Positions 36,073-50,306 of a stretch of DNA of 64,000 nt are shown here, one piece after another. The DNA is from an uncultured Spirochaetaceae bacterium. GTDB taxonomy: Bacteria; Spirochaetota; Spirochaetia; DSM-27196; PWMO01. The stretch is taken from positions 171,593 to 235,592 of the forward strand of contig CAZUVX010000001.1 of assembly GCA_964623865.1 (NCBI GenBank), in the 5' to 3' direction. How positions within the stretch are numbered: position 1 is the first letter of the stretch; each line of letters begins with the position of its first letter. The notes below the pieces were generated by a model. The model made no database searches and was not told the DNA's origin. It worked only from the letters and a program-made list of their open reading frames with translations. A program made the position numbers and the translations under genes.

Positions 36073-37920
36073 GTGATCGAGCAGATGAAGAAGGCCTCGG
36101 TCGTGGTGCTCGACGCCCACCGACAGGAGGCCGTGGATCGGCTTCGGGAAGTCGGCGTTCTCCACGTGCAGGTCGAAGAGGTGCTGAGCGACGATTTGTC
36201 GCATCTCAAGGAGCGCCGCGCAACGATCGAGCGCGCGCTCTCGGTGCTGTCGGAACCTGAAAGGAACCACGCCGACGAGCAGTTGTCTCTCGAAGACGCC
36301 GTCTCCGTTGCGGAGAATGCCCTGGAGAAGGCCGAAGAGCTTCGGGCTGCCCGGGAGCATCTGGATGCCCTCGAGCGGGAAGCGCTCAACCTGGAGCCCT
36401 GGGGCGACTTCGACCCCGCTGCGGTTCAGGATCTGCGCGCCCGGGGTATCGACGTGCAGCTCTACGCCGTTCCCAAACAGGATTTCCGCGTTGCCAAGCC
36501 CGAGCACGCATTCGTCCTGCACGAGGGTACGACCCTGGTCTTCTTCGTTCAGATCCTGGTGGACACCGACGACAACGAGGAAGTGGAACGCGCCCATAAC
36601 TTCACCCCGCGCACCCTTCCGGAGCGCTCTCTGCGGGAGGTGCGGGACCTCGTCTCCGAGGCGGAGGATGAAATCGAGCGGCTGGAACGAGAGCTCACGG
36701 AGCTGTCGAAGCAGCGTCCCGCCCTGGAGCGCGCCCTCCTGCCCATGGATGATGAGATCGACTTTGCCCGCGTCCGCGACGGGATGAACACCGAGGATTC
36801 TCTCGCCTTCCTCACCGGCTATGTCCCGGTCGGCGCGGCGGCGAGACTTCGGGATGCCGCGAAGCGAGGCGGCTGGGGACTCCTGCTCCAGGACCCCGGT
36901 CCGGACGACCGCGTCCCCACCAAGGTCAAGAACCCCAAGCCGATCAGTATCATCAAGCCGGTCTTCGGTCTTCTCGGAACGACCCCCGGATACAACGAGC
37001 TCGACATCAGTTTCTGGTTCCTCATCTTCCTTTCGATCTTCTTCGCCATGATCATCGGCGACGGCGGCTACGGGCTCATCATTCTGGGTCTCTCGCTCTT
37101 CGCGTTGATCCGCGGAAAGAAGAAGAGCGGATCCGTCGGTAAGGGACCGGTCCTGCTGTCGGTCATGTCTCTGGCCACGGTGGCGTGGGGCGCCGTTACC
37201 GGAACCTGGTTCGGCTACGAGCCCATTGGCGATCTGCCCCTATTCAGGGCCTTGGAGATACCGGCTATCTCGAGCTTCAACCCTCGAAGCCGGGATACCA
37301 TTCAGTTCATCTGCTTTGCCCTCGGGACGCTGCAGCTCTCCATTGCGCACCTCTGGCTCTTCATCAAGGGATTCAAGGAGCGGCCGACGGTGCGCGCCTT
37401 CGCCGACCTGGGTTGGCTTGCCCTCGTACTCGGCGCCTACTGGCTGGTTCTCACCGTCGTTATCGGCCGTCCCCTTCCCGAGTACTCCCTGTACATGATC
37501 GCTGCGGGTTTCGGCGTGGTAATTCTCTTCGGAGAGCAGCAGGAGAGATCCAACTTCTTTTCCGGGATCGGGCGCGGATTGAATCCAATCAGCCTCTTCT
37601 CCAAGGCGTTGGACGGCATTAGCGCCTTCTCCGACATCATCTCGTATATCCGCCTCTTCGCCGTCGGATTGGCAACGGTGGAGATCGCCAAGGCCTTCAA
37701 CACCATGGCTGAAGGCGTCGGGGACGGCGTAGTCGGGGTGGTGGCGGCCGCCTTCATCCTCTTTGTTGGGCACACCCTGAACCTGGTGATGGGTGCACTA
37801 TCCGTTGTGGTACATGGAATTCGTCTGAACATGCTGGAGTTTTCGCGGCACCTTGGAATGGAGTGGTCCGGAGTCGACTACAACCCCTTCCGGAAACGGG
37901 AAGCTCCGACGACGTCATGA
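36073..37920 (+). CDS. atpI: V-type ATP synthase subunit I (a)
   Basis: GTG start gives VIEQMKKASVVV, matching the usual MxxxMKK N-terminus. Cytoplasmic coiled-coil half followed by 7-8 TM segments with SDIISYIRLFAVGLA (essential Arg region). Confidence 0.9.
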   Translation: MIEQMKKASVVVLDAHRQEAVDRLREVGVLHVQVEEVLSDDLSHLKERRATIERALSVLSEPERNHADEQLSLEDAVSVAENALEKAEELRAAREHLDALEREALNLEPWGDFDPAAVQDLRARGIDVQLYAVPKQDFRVAKPEHAFVLHEGTTLVFFVQILVDTDDNEEVERAHNFTPRTLPERSLREVRDLVSEAEDEIERLERELTELSKQRPALERALLPMDDEIDFARVRDGMNTEDSLAFLTGYVPVGAAARLRDAAKRGGWGLLLQDPGPDDRVPTKVKNPKPISIIKPVFGLLGTTPGYNELDISFWFLIFLSIFFAMIIGDGGYGLIILGLSLFALIRGKKKSGSVGKGPVLLSVMSLATVAWGAVTGTWFGYEPIGDLPLFRALEIPAISSFNPRSRDTIQFICFALGTLQLSIAHLWLFIKGFKERPTVRAFADLGWLALVLGAYWLVLTVVIGRPLPEYSLYMIAAGFGVVILFGEQQERSNFFSGIGRGLNPISLFSKALDGISAFSDIISYIRLFAVGLATVEIAKAFNTMAEGVGDGVVGVVAAAFILFVGHTLNLVMGALSVVVHGIRLNMLEFSRHLGMEWSGVDYNPFRKREAPTTS

Positions 37921-37978
37921 AGTTCCGAGGACGTCATAAAGAGATTCGACCAATGACTCGAGAGAAAGGAGATAGGGA

Positions 37979-38401
37979 ATGGAATACGGTGTAATAGGCG
38001 TCGGCGCCGCGTTGGCGCTGGCAGCGATCGGCTCGGCCATCGGCACGAAAAGCGCGGGAATGTCGGCAGTGGGTGCCTGGAAGAAGGCCTTCGCCCAGAA
38101 CAAACCGGCGCCGTTTCTCCTGGTCGCCTTCGTGGGCGCGCCGTTGACGCAGACCATCTACGGTTTCATTCTGATGAACTCCCTGAACACCTCCGACGCG
38201 GAGCCCATGAGAATACTCGCGGTGGGTATTCTGGGCGGCGCCGCCATGGCGTTCTCCGCAGCCTTCCAGGGCCGAGCGGGCGCCGTTGCCTCGGATGCGT
38301 TGACCGAGACCGGTAAGGGTTTCGGGCAGTACATTATGGTGCTGGGTATCATCGAGACGGTTGCCCTCTTCGTGATGGTATTCCTGCTGGGCATCGTGTA
38401 A
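37979..38401 (+). CDS. atpK: V-type ATP synthase proteolipid subunit K (c)
   Basis: 140 aa with four hydrophobic helices. GAALALAAIGSAIG and VLGIIETVALF (carboxylate Glu). Confidence 0.9.
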   Translation: MEYGVIGVGAALALAAIGSAIGTKSAGMSAVGAWKKAFAQNKPAPFLLVAFVGAPLTQTIYGFILMNSLNTSDAEPMRILAVGILGGAAMAFSAAFQGRAGAVASDALTETGKGFGQYIMVLGIIETVALFVMVFLLGIV

Positions 38402-38454
38402 GCCGGCGGAACAACCGCGAAACAGGGTGAGTCGAAGCGGGTAGAAGCGAGACC

Positions 38455-39414
38455 ATGAGACGGAGTGTGTGGCCGGGGCCGCAGGTGGTCCTGGTCGCCG
38501 TCGCCATTCTGGCGTGTCTCATCTCCGGAGGCTCCCACGCGCAGGACGCCGCCGACGGAAGCGCCGAGGCGTCGCAGGAGGAGCCGGCGTGGATCATCTA
38601 CGAAGAAGGTGTGCACCATCTTCGCAATCGCGAGTACGGTGAAGCAATGCAGGCCTTCCGGCGCGCCATCTCCGTCCGGGGCGGCGCCTTTCCGGAGGCG
38701 GAGGCGGGCATTGGTCGCATCTTCAGCGCAGAGAACCAGATCGACCTAGCGGCGAGGCAGTTTCGGCGCGCCCTCGAGCAGAAGGCGTTCTTCTACGTGC
38801 CGGCGCAGGAGTACGTCGTTCGGTACGAGCTTGCGGAGCTCCATCGCAACCGCGGTGTAGAGGGGCGCTACGACTATCAGGCCGCGCTGGAAGCGATTGT
38901 GGCCGACGATCAGAGCTTCTCGGATCGCGACAACCGGTCGCTCAGAAGGGGCTACCGGCGCACACTGGAAGACGACGGCGTGGACCGACTCTTGGTGTTG
39001 TACCGTCTGGAGGAGGACTTCACCCGTCGTGCCCACCATCTCCTGGGGGAGCACTATCTTGCCGGCCGGAACTTCTCCACTGCGGCGGACCATCTGATGT
39101 ACGCAACCCTCATGGTGTTCTCCACGGCGATCGAAGAGGTGCGCCGCGGCGATCCGGGCTATCAGTTCGAGGCCGTCGCCGGCTTCCTGGACCGCCTGGA
39201 GCGTGAGGAGACGGTCCGTGCGTACCTGGAAGAGGCGGAGGCGTATCGCATTCTCTACCACCTCGCCACCGCCGTCTACGGCGCCGACATCTCCTCGCGA
39301 ACACCTCAAGACATCTGGGCGATCATAGCCGAAGAGGACGCTGCGGGACAGTGGGCCCGCATGGCTCGCCGGCAGCTCGATGACCCGCGCAGCGATCGCT
39401 ACGTTGATTATTAG
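38455..39414 (+). CDS. Secreted TPR-like protein
   Basis: Signal peptide VVLVAVAILACLISGGSHAQ, then TPR-like helices (YEEGVHHLRNREYGEAMQAFRRAI). Confidence 0.7.
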   Translation: MRRSVWPGPQVVLVAVAILACLISGGSHAQDAADGSAEASQEEPAWIIYEEGVHHLRNREYGEAMQAFRRAISVRGGAFPEAEAGIGRIFSAENQIDLAARQFRRALEQKAFFYVPAQEYVVRYELAELHRNRGVEGRYDYQAALEAIVADDQSFSDRDNRSLRRGYRRTLEDDGVDRLLVLYRLEEDFTRRAHHLLGEHYLAGRNFSTAADHLMYATLMVFSTAIEEVRRGDPGYQFEAVAGFLDRLEREETVRAYLEEAEAYRILYHLATAVYGADISSRTPQDIWAIIAEEDAAGQWARMARRQLDDPRSDRYVDY

Positions 39415-39442
39415 CCCTCCCTAGCGTACCTTGTCCGGGCAC

Positions 39443-42298
<2,856 letters not shown>

Positions 42299-45200
42299 CC
42301 CTCCCTCTCTCCGCCCAGGACGGTGCCGGCGAGGCCGACCCCGGTACGGGCGTGGAGCCGGAAGCGCCCGCGGCGCCGGAGACCGGCGCGGAGCCGGAAG
42401 CCGGCGAGGCGGAGCAAGCGGAGACGGAGTTACAGGATTCCGATGCTGCCTCAGACGAGGCGGGCGACGGCAACGAGCCGGAAGACGCGGAGCGCAATCT
42501 CTTTCTCGAGACGTTGCCCGCCGATATCCGAACGGCGTCCTTCTACGATCTGATCGACTGGACGGCGCGGTTGGGTCTGTCGACCCGGGGGTCCCGGCGG
42601 GACCTGCAGAATCGCATTGCCGAGTACTACGACATTCCCCTCAGCAGTGTCCGGCCTGCGGAAGGCGCGGGGGAGGGCCGTGAAGTGGTCATTGAGTCGG
42701 CAAACCAATCGGAGTACTTCACCCTGGATTCAGTGGAGGAGCAATACGTCCGGCTCCGCGGGAACGTGCGCCTGCGCACCCGTGGGGACCGCGATTCCGC
42801 CGTGCACATGATCGAGGCGGAGGAGATCATCTTCAATCGGGAAGAGAACAACCTTACCGCGGTGGGGAACGTGCGATACCGGATCGACCGGGAAGGGGAG
42901 GTCGAGGAGTTTACCGGGAGCACCCTTAGCTTCGAGCTGGACAGTTGGGAGGGGCAGTTCCTCCAGGGGGTCTCCTCCCGGGAGCGCGACGTTGAGGGTG
43001 AGCAAATCCGCTTCCGCTACTCCGGTGAGTACATGACCCGAACAAGAGAGGACATCGTTGTCATGGAGGACGGCGTCATTACCTCCTCCACGGCGAATCC
43101 GCCGAGCTACTCGATCCGGGCGGAGAGAATCTGGGTCCTCGGCGCAGGAGAGTGGGCCATCCGCGGTGCCCGCCTTTACGTCGGACGGGTCCCCATTCTC
43201 GTCTTTCCATTCTTCTTCAAACCGGGCGACGAGGTCTTCTTCAATCCCGTCGCCGGATCGCGCGATCGGGAAGGGGCCTTCATCCAGACAACGACCTACG
43301 TTCTCGGAGAGAAAGAGAAGGAAGACTCCGCGATTTCATTCCTCCAGGTTGCCGGCGATGAGCCGACGGGTCCCCGGGAGCGTGAGGGGCTCTTCCTGAC
43401 GACTGTGGCGGGACGGCAGGACGGGCAGGACCCTGAACGTGAGCGGCAACGAGATGTCGGTACGGTGAAGGTCCTCTTCGACGTCTACTCCAAGCTCGGC
43501 GTCTACGCCGGGGTCGACGCCGACTTGAACAACCTCGGAGCCGGCGCTGCCATGCAGGGCTCCCTGGGCGTGGCAGCCTCCCGCCATCTCTACCCGGCCG
43601 ACAGCGGGGACGGATCACTCTCACCGTATCGCATCGTGGACGAGGAGGCGCAGCAGGACTGGAACTCCACCAGCTTTCTCGGGACGGTGCTGCCCTTCCG
43701 GTACCTGTTGGATGTCACCGGCCGCGCTCGGGAGTCCTGGTTCTCAGGTAATGCGGGTGTTGAGCTCTACTCCGACCCCTTCGTCGAGTTGGACTTTGGT
43801 GACCGCGCCGAAGACATGGATTGGCTCGGGCTGCTGTCGAACGAGGAAGAGGGGGACACCGCCACAGGGGTCGCCCAAAAGAACCGGCTTCGATGGGAGA
43901 GCTCCTTTCGCCTGAACCCCTCCGTTGAGGCGCTCCAGCCGTGGGTTCGCTCCGTTTCGATTCGCGAGATCGGCGCGTCCCTCGACTGGCAGAGCCGGGA
44001 TCGCGCGGATCCGCCGGAGGAGATCGCCCTGGCCGACCGCAGCCCCGAGCAGAGCTTCTTCTATCCGACACGCTCGGTTCTTCCTTCGGTGGGACTCTCG
44101 GCGGACGGAACTCTCGTCTCGATACCGTGGACGCGTCGGCAGGCCCGGGAAGCCCGGGACGGTGACCGCGGCCGCAGCGTAACCGCCGGCTTCCGCCCGC
44201 CCTGGGAGAGCGGTGAGGAACATGACGATGATGAGCCCGACGACGAGGACGCCGGCTACCGGACACCGGACATTCGTAGCGTATCGGGGGGCGTGACCTA
44301 TCCTCAAGCCTTTGAGTCCAGTCTCGGCTACCGTCTGACCTCCACTACGACGGTCGAGAACACCTACGACGACGATGAGTGGGCGAGGCCCGAGGACGTC
44401 ACCTTCGACTACGCCTACTCCAGCGTTACGACCAACAACAGTGGACGGCTTACCTATGGATCGAAGCTCATGGAGCGTCTGGTTACCCTGGACGGGTCCG
44501 TTGAGGCAACAGGGCGGTACCGGGAGATCTACAACCACGCCGATCCCGCGGCGCAGGAGATCGAGTCGGTAGTCGAGCAGGCGGCGCGGTACTCTTCGTT
44601 TGGACTACAGAACTCCGCGTCCGCAGCCCTTGCGCCGGTGCCTGAAGATACTCCTCTGGCGGATTCCAAGTTGGAATACCGCCTTACGACGGACCTCTTT
44701 CGGATCGTCTACGACCAGGAGGTCTCCGCAGAGGAGGGACAAGAGGATCCGGTGTACCGGAACGAGAGCTTCGAGTGGTCGGATGAGTACGTCACCGCCC
44801 ACTCCCTGGGAGGTATCGTCACCGCGGCGATTCTCGACAACGACCAGTCTCTCCGGCTTTCCACGACCCTTCCGCCCCTCGAACGAACCTATGAGGGCCG
44901 TCTCACGGCTTCCGCCGGGCCCTGGAACGGCAACGTGCGGGTGGCTGCAACGGCGCCGGAGGCGGAGGAGGACCCCGAGACGGGGGAAGTGACGGAACCC
45001 GAGGACACACTCGTTTTCGATCCCATTTCCGCCTCCCAGCGACTGAGTTTCCTGGAGAACGGGGCTATCAGCCAGACTCTGCTGTACGACGTGGAAGAGG
45101 AGTACTTTGAGCGGTTGACCCTGGGACTCAAAGGTTCGATCGGTTCCGTGGACTTCCAGATGCGGCGCAGCAAGGAAGTGGCCTTTGAACGCAACTTCAT

Positions 45201-45829
45201 CCAGCAGGGGTTGTCCTCTCCCTGGGTCGAACGCGAAGAGGAGGAGCTTCGCCCGGCGAGTGCTCGAGGAACCGCGTCATACGAGTTGGACCCGTTGCCG
45301 CTGTGGAAGAACCGCGTTACTTTTGATGCGACGGCTTCGACAACGGTTGAGGCGAATCTTCAGCGCTTTACCGAAAGCAGCCTCACCTTGCGGGCCGGGT
45401 TGAACTTTGCCGTTCATGAGTTTCTGGAATTGTCCTTCAACTCGACCTCGCGGAACGACTTCCTCTATCAATACATCCCGGCGCTCGCGGAGCGAGTGGA
45501 TCGCCGGGTGCGAAACCCCTTGGTCGATGTGGCGCGGTCCTTCAACTTCTTCAACCCCGAGGATCGGGAGGCTTCGTTCTTCAACCTGCAGTCCCTCTCC
45601 GTTGAGGCGACACACCGCCTGGGCGACTGGGACCTGGTTCTCGCGTATTCCGCGCGACCGGCGCTCTCGCAGGACGTTTCCCCGCCCCGGTACGAATGGG
45701 ATTCCCGGTTCTCGGTGGTGGTTCAGTGGCGGCCGCTCCCGGAGTTACGGAGTGAAGTCTCCTATGAGGATGAGGAGCTCCAGTATCGTACCGGGGAATA
45801 GCGCGGCGCTTCCGGGTGTCGGCGTCGGC

Positions 45830-45859
45830 TTGACCGTTGAAGGTGGTGAATCCTATACT
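45830..45859 (+). promoter_or_regulatory. Putative phoH operon promoter
   Basis: TTGACC (45830-45835), 18-nt spacer, TATACT (45854-45859), followed by AAGGAGG. Confidence 0.4.
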
Positions 45860-45879
45860 CATCCACCTAAGGAGGATTA

Positions 45880-46836
45880 TTGAGTCGGCACGCAGCAGTC
45901 GTACTGGAAAGCACCGATCTGATGAGTGAGGTGTGCGGAGCCAACGACCGCAACCTCAAGATTATGGAAGAGCTACTGGAGACCCGCATCCTGTCGCGGG
46001 GAAATCAACTATTCCTCGACCAGGAAGATGACCACAAACGTCTTCTCTTTGTCGAAATGATGGGAGAGCTCCAGGATCATCTTCAGCTGGGTCAGGAGGC
46101 GAATCCCGACCTCATCCGCGCCGTCTTCAAAGCGCTCACCGCCGAGCAGGACGGTGTTCAGGAAGACCTGAAGAACCGCAGTATCACGCTTTCCAGCTCC
46201 GGAAAGACCATCTTCCCGCGAACCTTTCGCCAGGCGACCTACGTTGGTGCCATGGATCGGGCGGAGCTCACCCTGGGGGTCGGTCCCGCCGGTACCGGCA
46301 AGACCTATCTGGCAGTCGCCCACGCCCTTCGCGACATTCTCGAAGGGAAGCGCCGGAAGCTCGTGTTGACGCGTCCGGTGGTCGAGGCGGGGGAACGCCT
46401 CGGATTTCTCCCGGGTGATCTTTCTCAGAAGATAAACCCCTACCTGAGGCCCCTCTATGATGCCATGGAAGCGTTGCTCTCCCCGGAAATGGTGGCAAAG
46501 ATGGAGAGTGCGAGATCCATCGAGGTAGCTCCGCTGGCGTACATGCGCGGGCGAAGCCTCTCAGGATGCTACGTGATCCTGGATGAGGCGCAGAATACGA
46601 CGAAGGAACAGATGAAGATGTTCCTCACACGGATAGGTGAGGGCAGTAAGACGGTAATCACCGGTGACATAACGCAGATCGATCTTCCGCGGCGATCGGA
46701 TTCCGGTCTGCTCGAATCCCTGGATGTGCTCCGCGGCATTGAAGAGATCGAGACAACGTACTTCACGAGCGGCGACGTGGTTCGCAATCCCCTCGTCAAG
46801 AAGATTGTGGATGCGTACGAGGCCTCCGGCGTATGA
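45880..46836 (+). CDS. phoH: PhoH-family ATPase (YbeZ-like)
   Basis: TTG start with a perfect AAGGAGG upstream. Walker A GPAGTGKTYLAVA, TRPVVEAGERLGFLPGD, and ILDEAQN. Confidence 0.93.
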   Translation: MSRHAAVVLESTDLMSEVCGANDRNLKIMEELLETRILSRGNQLFLDQEDDHKRLLFVEMMGELQDHLQLGQEANPDLIRAVFKALTAEQDGVQEDLKNRSITLSSSGKTIFPRTFRQATYVGAMDRAELTLGVGPAGTGKTYLAVAHALRDILEGKRRKLVLTRPVVEAGERLGFLPGDLSQKINPYLRPLYDAMEALLSPEMVAKMESARSIEVAPLAYMRGRSLSGCYVILDEAQNTTKEQMKMFLTRIGEGSKTVITGDITQIDLPRRSDSGLLESLDVLRGIEEIETTYFTSGDVVRNPLVKKIVDAYEASGV

Positions 46837-46867
46837 GGTCTCGAGCCGAAACAGCCCCGAAGCGATC

Positions 46868-47404
46868 ATGACTTCCAGCGACAAACCTCCATCGCGTTCT
46901 TCCACCTCTTCCCCGGACACTACGATTGACGTTTGCACCATGGGAATCTCGGACGAGGAGGTGCCGGACGACCTGTCCCGGGTCGCCGAGGCGACGCTGG
47001 AGTACATGGGCCGTTCGGGGGTCGAGGTGTCGATTGTGTTGTGCGGTGACACTGAGATCCACGAGTTGAACCGTCTACATCGAAATCAGGACAAGGCAAC
47101 GGACGTCCTATCGTTTCCGCAGGGCGGTACCGTCCCGGACGTCGGGGTGGAGCCGGCCGTACCGGCGTGGCCTACCGAGTCCGGGGAGCGTACGCACCTC
47201 GGAGACGTCGTAATCTCCGTGGACAGCGTTCGGAGGAATGCAGAAGAATGGGAAATAGCCTACGCACAGGAGTTGCAGCGCGTAGTCATTCACGGCGTGC
47301 TGCATCTATTGGGAATGGATCACGGGACCAACGACCCCGGTCAGGAGATGCTTCAGCTACAGGAGCGCATCCTGGAAACGGTGATGAAGGAAGGCGAGAC
47401 GTGA
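46868..47404 (+). CDS. ybeY: rRNA maturation endoribonuclease YbeY
   Basis: ATDVLSFP and HGVLHLLGMDH zinc-binding motif. Confidence 0.9.
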   Translation: MTSSDKPPSRSSTSSPDTTIDVCTMGISDEEVPDDLSRVAEATLEYMGRSGVEVSIVLCGDTEIHELNRLHRNQDKATDVLSFPQGGTVPDVGVEPAVPAWPTESGERTHLGDVVISVDSVRRNAEEWEIAYAQELQRVVIHGVLHLLGMDHGTNDPGQEMLQLQERILETVMKEGET

Positions 47405-48207
47405 AACGCCTCGGTTTTCTCAAGAAGCTCTTGACCTCGGATGGCCGCGGCAACAGTGAAGAGGACACCCCGCTGACCGTCGAGAAGCAGGACATGATTC
47501 GCGGGATCGTGGAGTTGTCCGAGCGTACCGTCAAGGAGGTCATGGTCCCGCGGATCGATACGGCCTTCATCGGCGTTGAGTACGACACCGAGGAGATCGT
47601 GAACAAGATCTCGGAGCGGGGGTTCTCCCGGTATCCCGTCTACCGCCACACCATCGACAACGTGATCGGCGTCCTCTATGCCAAGGATCTCCTGCAGTTC
47701 CTCATTTCCAACGAGCCAATCCAGGTAGAGAAGATCATTCGCAAGCCCTACTTCGTGCCGGAGAGTAAGAAGCTCGACTCGCTACTGCGGGAGATGAAGC
47801 GGAAACACGTCCACATTGCCGTGGCCGTGGATGAGTATGGCGGCGTCTCCGGGATCGTCTGCCTTGAGGACATCATTGAGGAGATCGTCGGGGACATACA
47901 GGACGAGTTCGACAATGAGCGCGAAGACATCCTCGCAATCGGTGACGGTGTGTATCTCTGCGACGCCCGCGTCGACATTGAGGACCTCAACGAGGCTCTG
48001 AACCTCTCCATTCCCGACGAAGACTTTGATACGCTCGGCGGTTTCGTGTTCGACCTCTTCGGCAAGATTCCGGTGCGCTACGAAAAGGTGAATTACGCCG
48101 GCCTGAGCTTCATCATCCAGGAGATGGATGGTCACAAGATCAAGACGGTGAAGATCGTGGCTCAGGAGGATCGCGAGCACCAGGATGAGAAGGAGCATGC
48201 AACGTAG
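47401..48207 (+). CDS. CBS-pair / CorC_HlyC domain protein (CorC/TlyC family)
   Basis: The GTG start overlaps the ybeY stop. VKEVMVPRIDTAFI, SRYPVYRHTIDNVIGVLYAKDLL, and GIVCLEDIIEEIVGDIQDEFD. Confidence 0.88.
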   Translation: MKRLGFLKKLLTSDGRGNSEEDTPLTVEKQDMIRGIVELSERTVKEVMVPRIDTAFIGVEYDTEEIVNKISERGFSRYPVYRHTIDNVIGVLYAKDLLQFLISNEPIQVEKIIRKPYFVPESKKLDSLLREMKRKHVHIAVAVDEYGGVSGIVCLEDIIEEIVGDIQDEFDNEREDILAIGDGVYLCDARVDIEDLNEALNLSIPDEDFDTLGGFVFDLFGKIPVRYEKVNYAGLSFIIQEMDGHKIKTVKIVAQEDREHQDEKEHAT

Positions 48208-50185
48208 CCGGTTGATGCGTCGCGTTCTGCCGCCGGCGCTGCTGTTCTTCCTGCTTCTCGCTCCCGGTTACACCCAAGAGGGTGAGTCGCCGCGTGACCT
48301 GTACGAGTCCGGCCTGGACGCGCTCCAGGGCGACCGGCTCTACGAGGCGGTCGAAGCCTTTTCAGCCGCCGTTGACGCCAATCCCGGCTACGCTGAAGCT
48401 CACATCGGGTTGGCCCGGGCATACGGGCGTCTTGGTGAGCTCGACCAGGCTCATGATCACGCTACGCGCGCTCGGGAGCTGGCGCCCCTCGACCCGGACA
48501 GCCTGAATACCCTCGCGGAGATTCGCATTGATCTCGGGAACCTCGAAGGTGCCCGGGATCTCTACGATACGGTTCTCCGCCGGGCACCGAACAACCAGGA
48601 GGCGCGCCTGGGCCTTGCGGAGCTCTCGGTGGCCACGGGAGACTTCGACCAGGCAATGGAGCGCTACGAGGCGGTGCGTCGCAGCGCGCCGCGCAATCGT
48701 CGCGCTCTGCTCTCCCTTGCGCTCTTGTGGGAGCAGCGAGGCGATCGAGATGTGGCCGAGCGTTACCTGGAGCTTGCGATTCGGCACCACAGCGACAGCC
48801 CACAGGTGCACCTGGAGGCTGCGCGGTACTACCTGCGCCGCTCTTCTCCCGATGGGGCGCGGCGCCACGCTCAGATTGCCCTGCAGATCCGCCCCGATCT
48901 CCCGGATGCGCGCCGGGTTCTCGCTTCCGTTGCGTACAGCCAGGAGGACTACGCAACAGCCCGGCAGGCGGCGGAAGAGCTGCTGAGCAATGATCAGCGC
49001 GACGAGACCGCCTGGTACATTCACTCCCTGGCCCAGTATCGCCTGGGCGACGTGGACGCCGCGCTGCAGAGCTACCGAAGGGCACTGCGCCTCGTGCCGG
49101 ATGCGGAACTGCTTCGCCTCGCCTACGAGGATGTGCTCCTGGAGCTTCCCGCCGATCACGAGGCGCGCCGAGAAGCAGCGGTGTATCACTTCGAGGAGGG
49201 ACGCTACTTCCAGGAGCAGAACCTGTTCGGCCGCGCCCGCGCCGCCTACCGGCGGGGCTTGCTCCTCAACCCCTTTGACGTCGACGGAAGGCTTGCCTTC
49301 GCGGAGCTCTACCGGTTTGGCGGTCTCGAGGGGAAGTATCTCAATGAGCTCGAGGTCATCTCCTCTCTTTCATCGGACGTGCCTCGCGACATCGAAGATC
49401 GTATTGAGGTGTACTCCAGTCTGCTGGAAGAGAGCGTCTCCACGGAGTGGGGCGTGGACCAGTTCACCATCAGCCGGGAGCCTCTGGAGATCGCGCTCTA
49501 CATACGAGGCGGGGACGGCATGAGCCCGCGGCCGGAGGAGTCGCGCATTCTCGCGGAAGCGCTCCGGCGAGAGCTCCTGGGATATGAGATGATCGATGTT
49601 CCCGGGGAGCCCGTCATGGTGGAAACCTTCGCCGAAGCCTTCAGCGATGCCCGGCGAGGAAGTGCGGACTACTTCCTCATGCTGGATTTCGAGAGCTCCG
49701 ACCGCGCGATTTCGGTATCTGCAGGGGTATACGTGGCCCGAACCGGCACCGAGGTTGCGGAAGTGCGCACCGGAAGAAGCGGCGCCGACCGGCTTGCACG
49801 CTCTCTCGTCTCCTTCAGCGAGGCCTTCGTCACGCAGCTTCCCCTCGCCGGCACCATCCTGGAACGTCAGGGGAGGCGGCTCCTCGTGAACATAGGGGAG
49901 ATTCACGGCATAGCCGAGGAGGCGCCGCTCGTGATCGTCCGCCCCGAGGCGATGCTCCTCGCCGGCGAAGCGCCGGTGTACACCTTTACCGACGCCGAGG
50001 TCCTCGGCACTGCTACGGTGACGCGACTCGATGACCTGGTTTCGGAGGCGACCCTCGCCCGGCCGGGGCTCTTCGACCTCGTCCGCAAAGGGGACCGCGT
50101 GATCCTGGATGAGGACCGGCAGGCTCCGCCCGGTGAGACCGAGCGCTTCCCGGTACTGTACGAGCGGGTTCGCAGCACTCGATAG
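48185..50185 (+). CDS. Secreted TPR-repeat protein with a non-TPR C-terminal domain
   Basis: Signal peptide LPPALLFFLLLAPGYTQ and at least 8 TPR-like units (YAEAHIGLARAYGRLGELDQAHDHATRA...). Start is ambiguous among the ATGs at 48185, 48197 and 48215. Confidence 0.75.
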   Translation: MRRSMQRSRLMRRVLPPALLFFLLLAPGYTQEGESPRDLYESGLDALQGDRLYEAVEAFSAAVDANPGYAEAHIGLARAYGRLGELDQAHDHATRARELAPLDPDSLNTLAEIRIDLGNLEGARDLYDTVLRRAPNNQEARLGLAELSVATGDFDQAMERYEAVRRSAPRNRRALLSLALLWEQRGDRDVAERYLELAIRHHSDSPQVHLEAARYYLRRSSPDGARRHAQIALQIRPDLPDARRVLASVAYSQEDYATARQAAEELLSNDQRDETAWYIHSLAQYRLGDVDAALQSYRRALRLVPDAELLRLAYEDVLLELPADHEARREAAVYHFEEGRYFQEQNLFGRARAAYRRGLLLNPFDVDGRLAFAELYRFGGLEGKYLNELEVISSLSSDVPRDIEDRIEVYSSLLEESVSTEWGVDQFTISREPLEIALYIRGGDGMSPRPEESRILAEALRRELLGYEMIDVPGEPVMVETFAEAFSDARRGSADYFLMLDFESSDRAISVSAGVYVARTGTEVAEVRTGRSGADRLARSLVSFSEAFVTQLPLAGTILERQGRRLLVNIGEIHGIAEEAPLVIVRPEAMLLAGEAPVYTFTDAEVLGTATVTRLDDLVSEATLARPGLFDLVRKGDRVILDEDRQAPPGETERFPVLYERVRSTR

Positions 50186-50276
50186 GGTTCGCGCCGGGGG
50201 CGCTCATGTCGGCTAAGTCCCTACGGCTTCAACGGTTCCGCCGCTGCGGTTCCGCCGCTCCGGGGAAGGAAGCAGA

Positions 50277-50306
50277 TTGACACGGTGACTGTGCTGTTCG
50301 TATAGT
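50277..50306 (+). promoter_or_regulatory. Putative pgk promoter
   Basis: TTGACA (50277-50282), 18-nt spacer, TATAGT (50301-50306). Implies a leader of about 155 nt. Confidence 0.5.
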
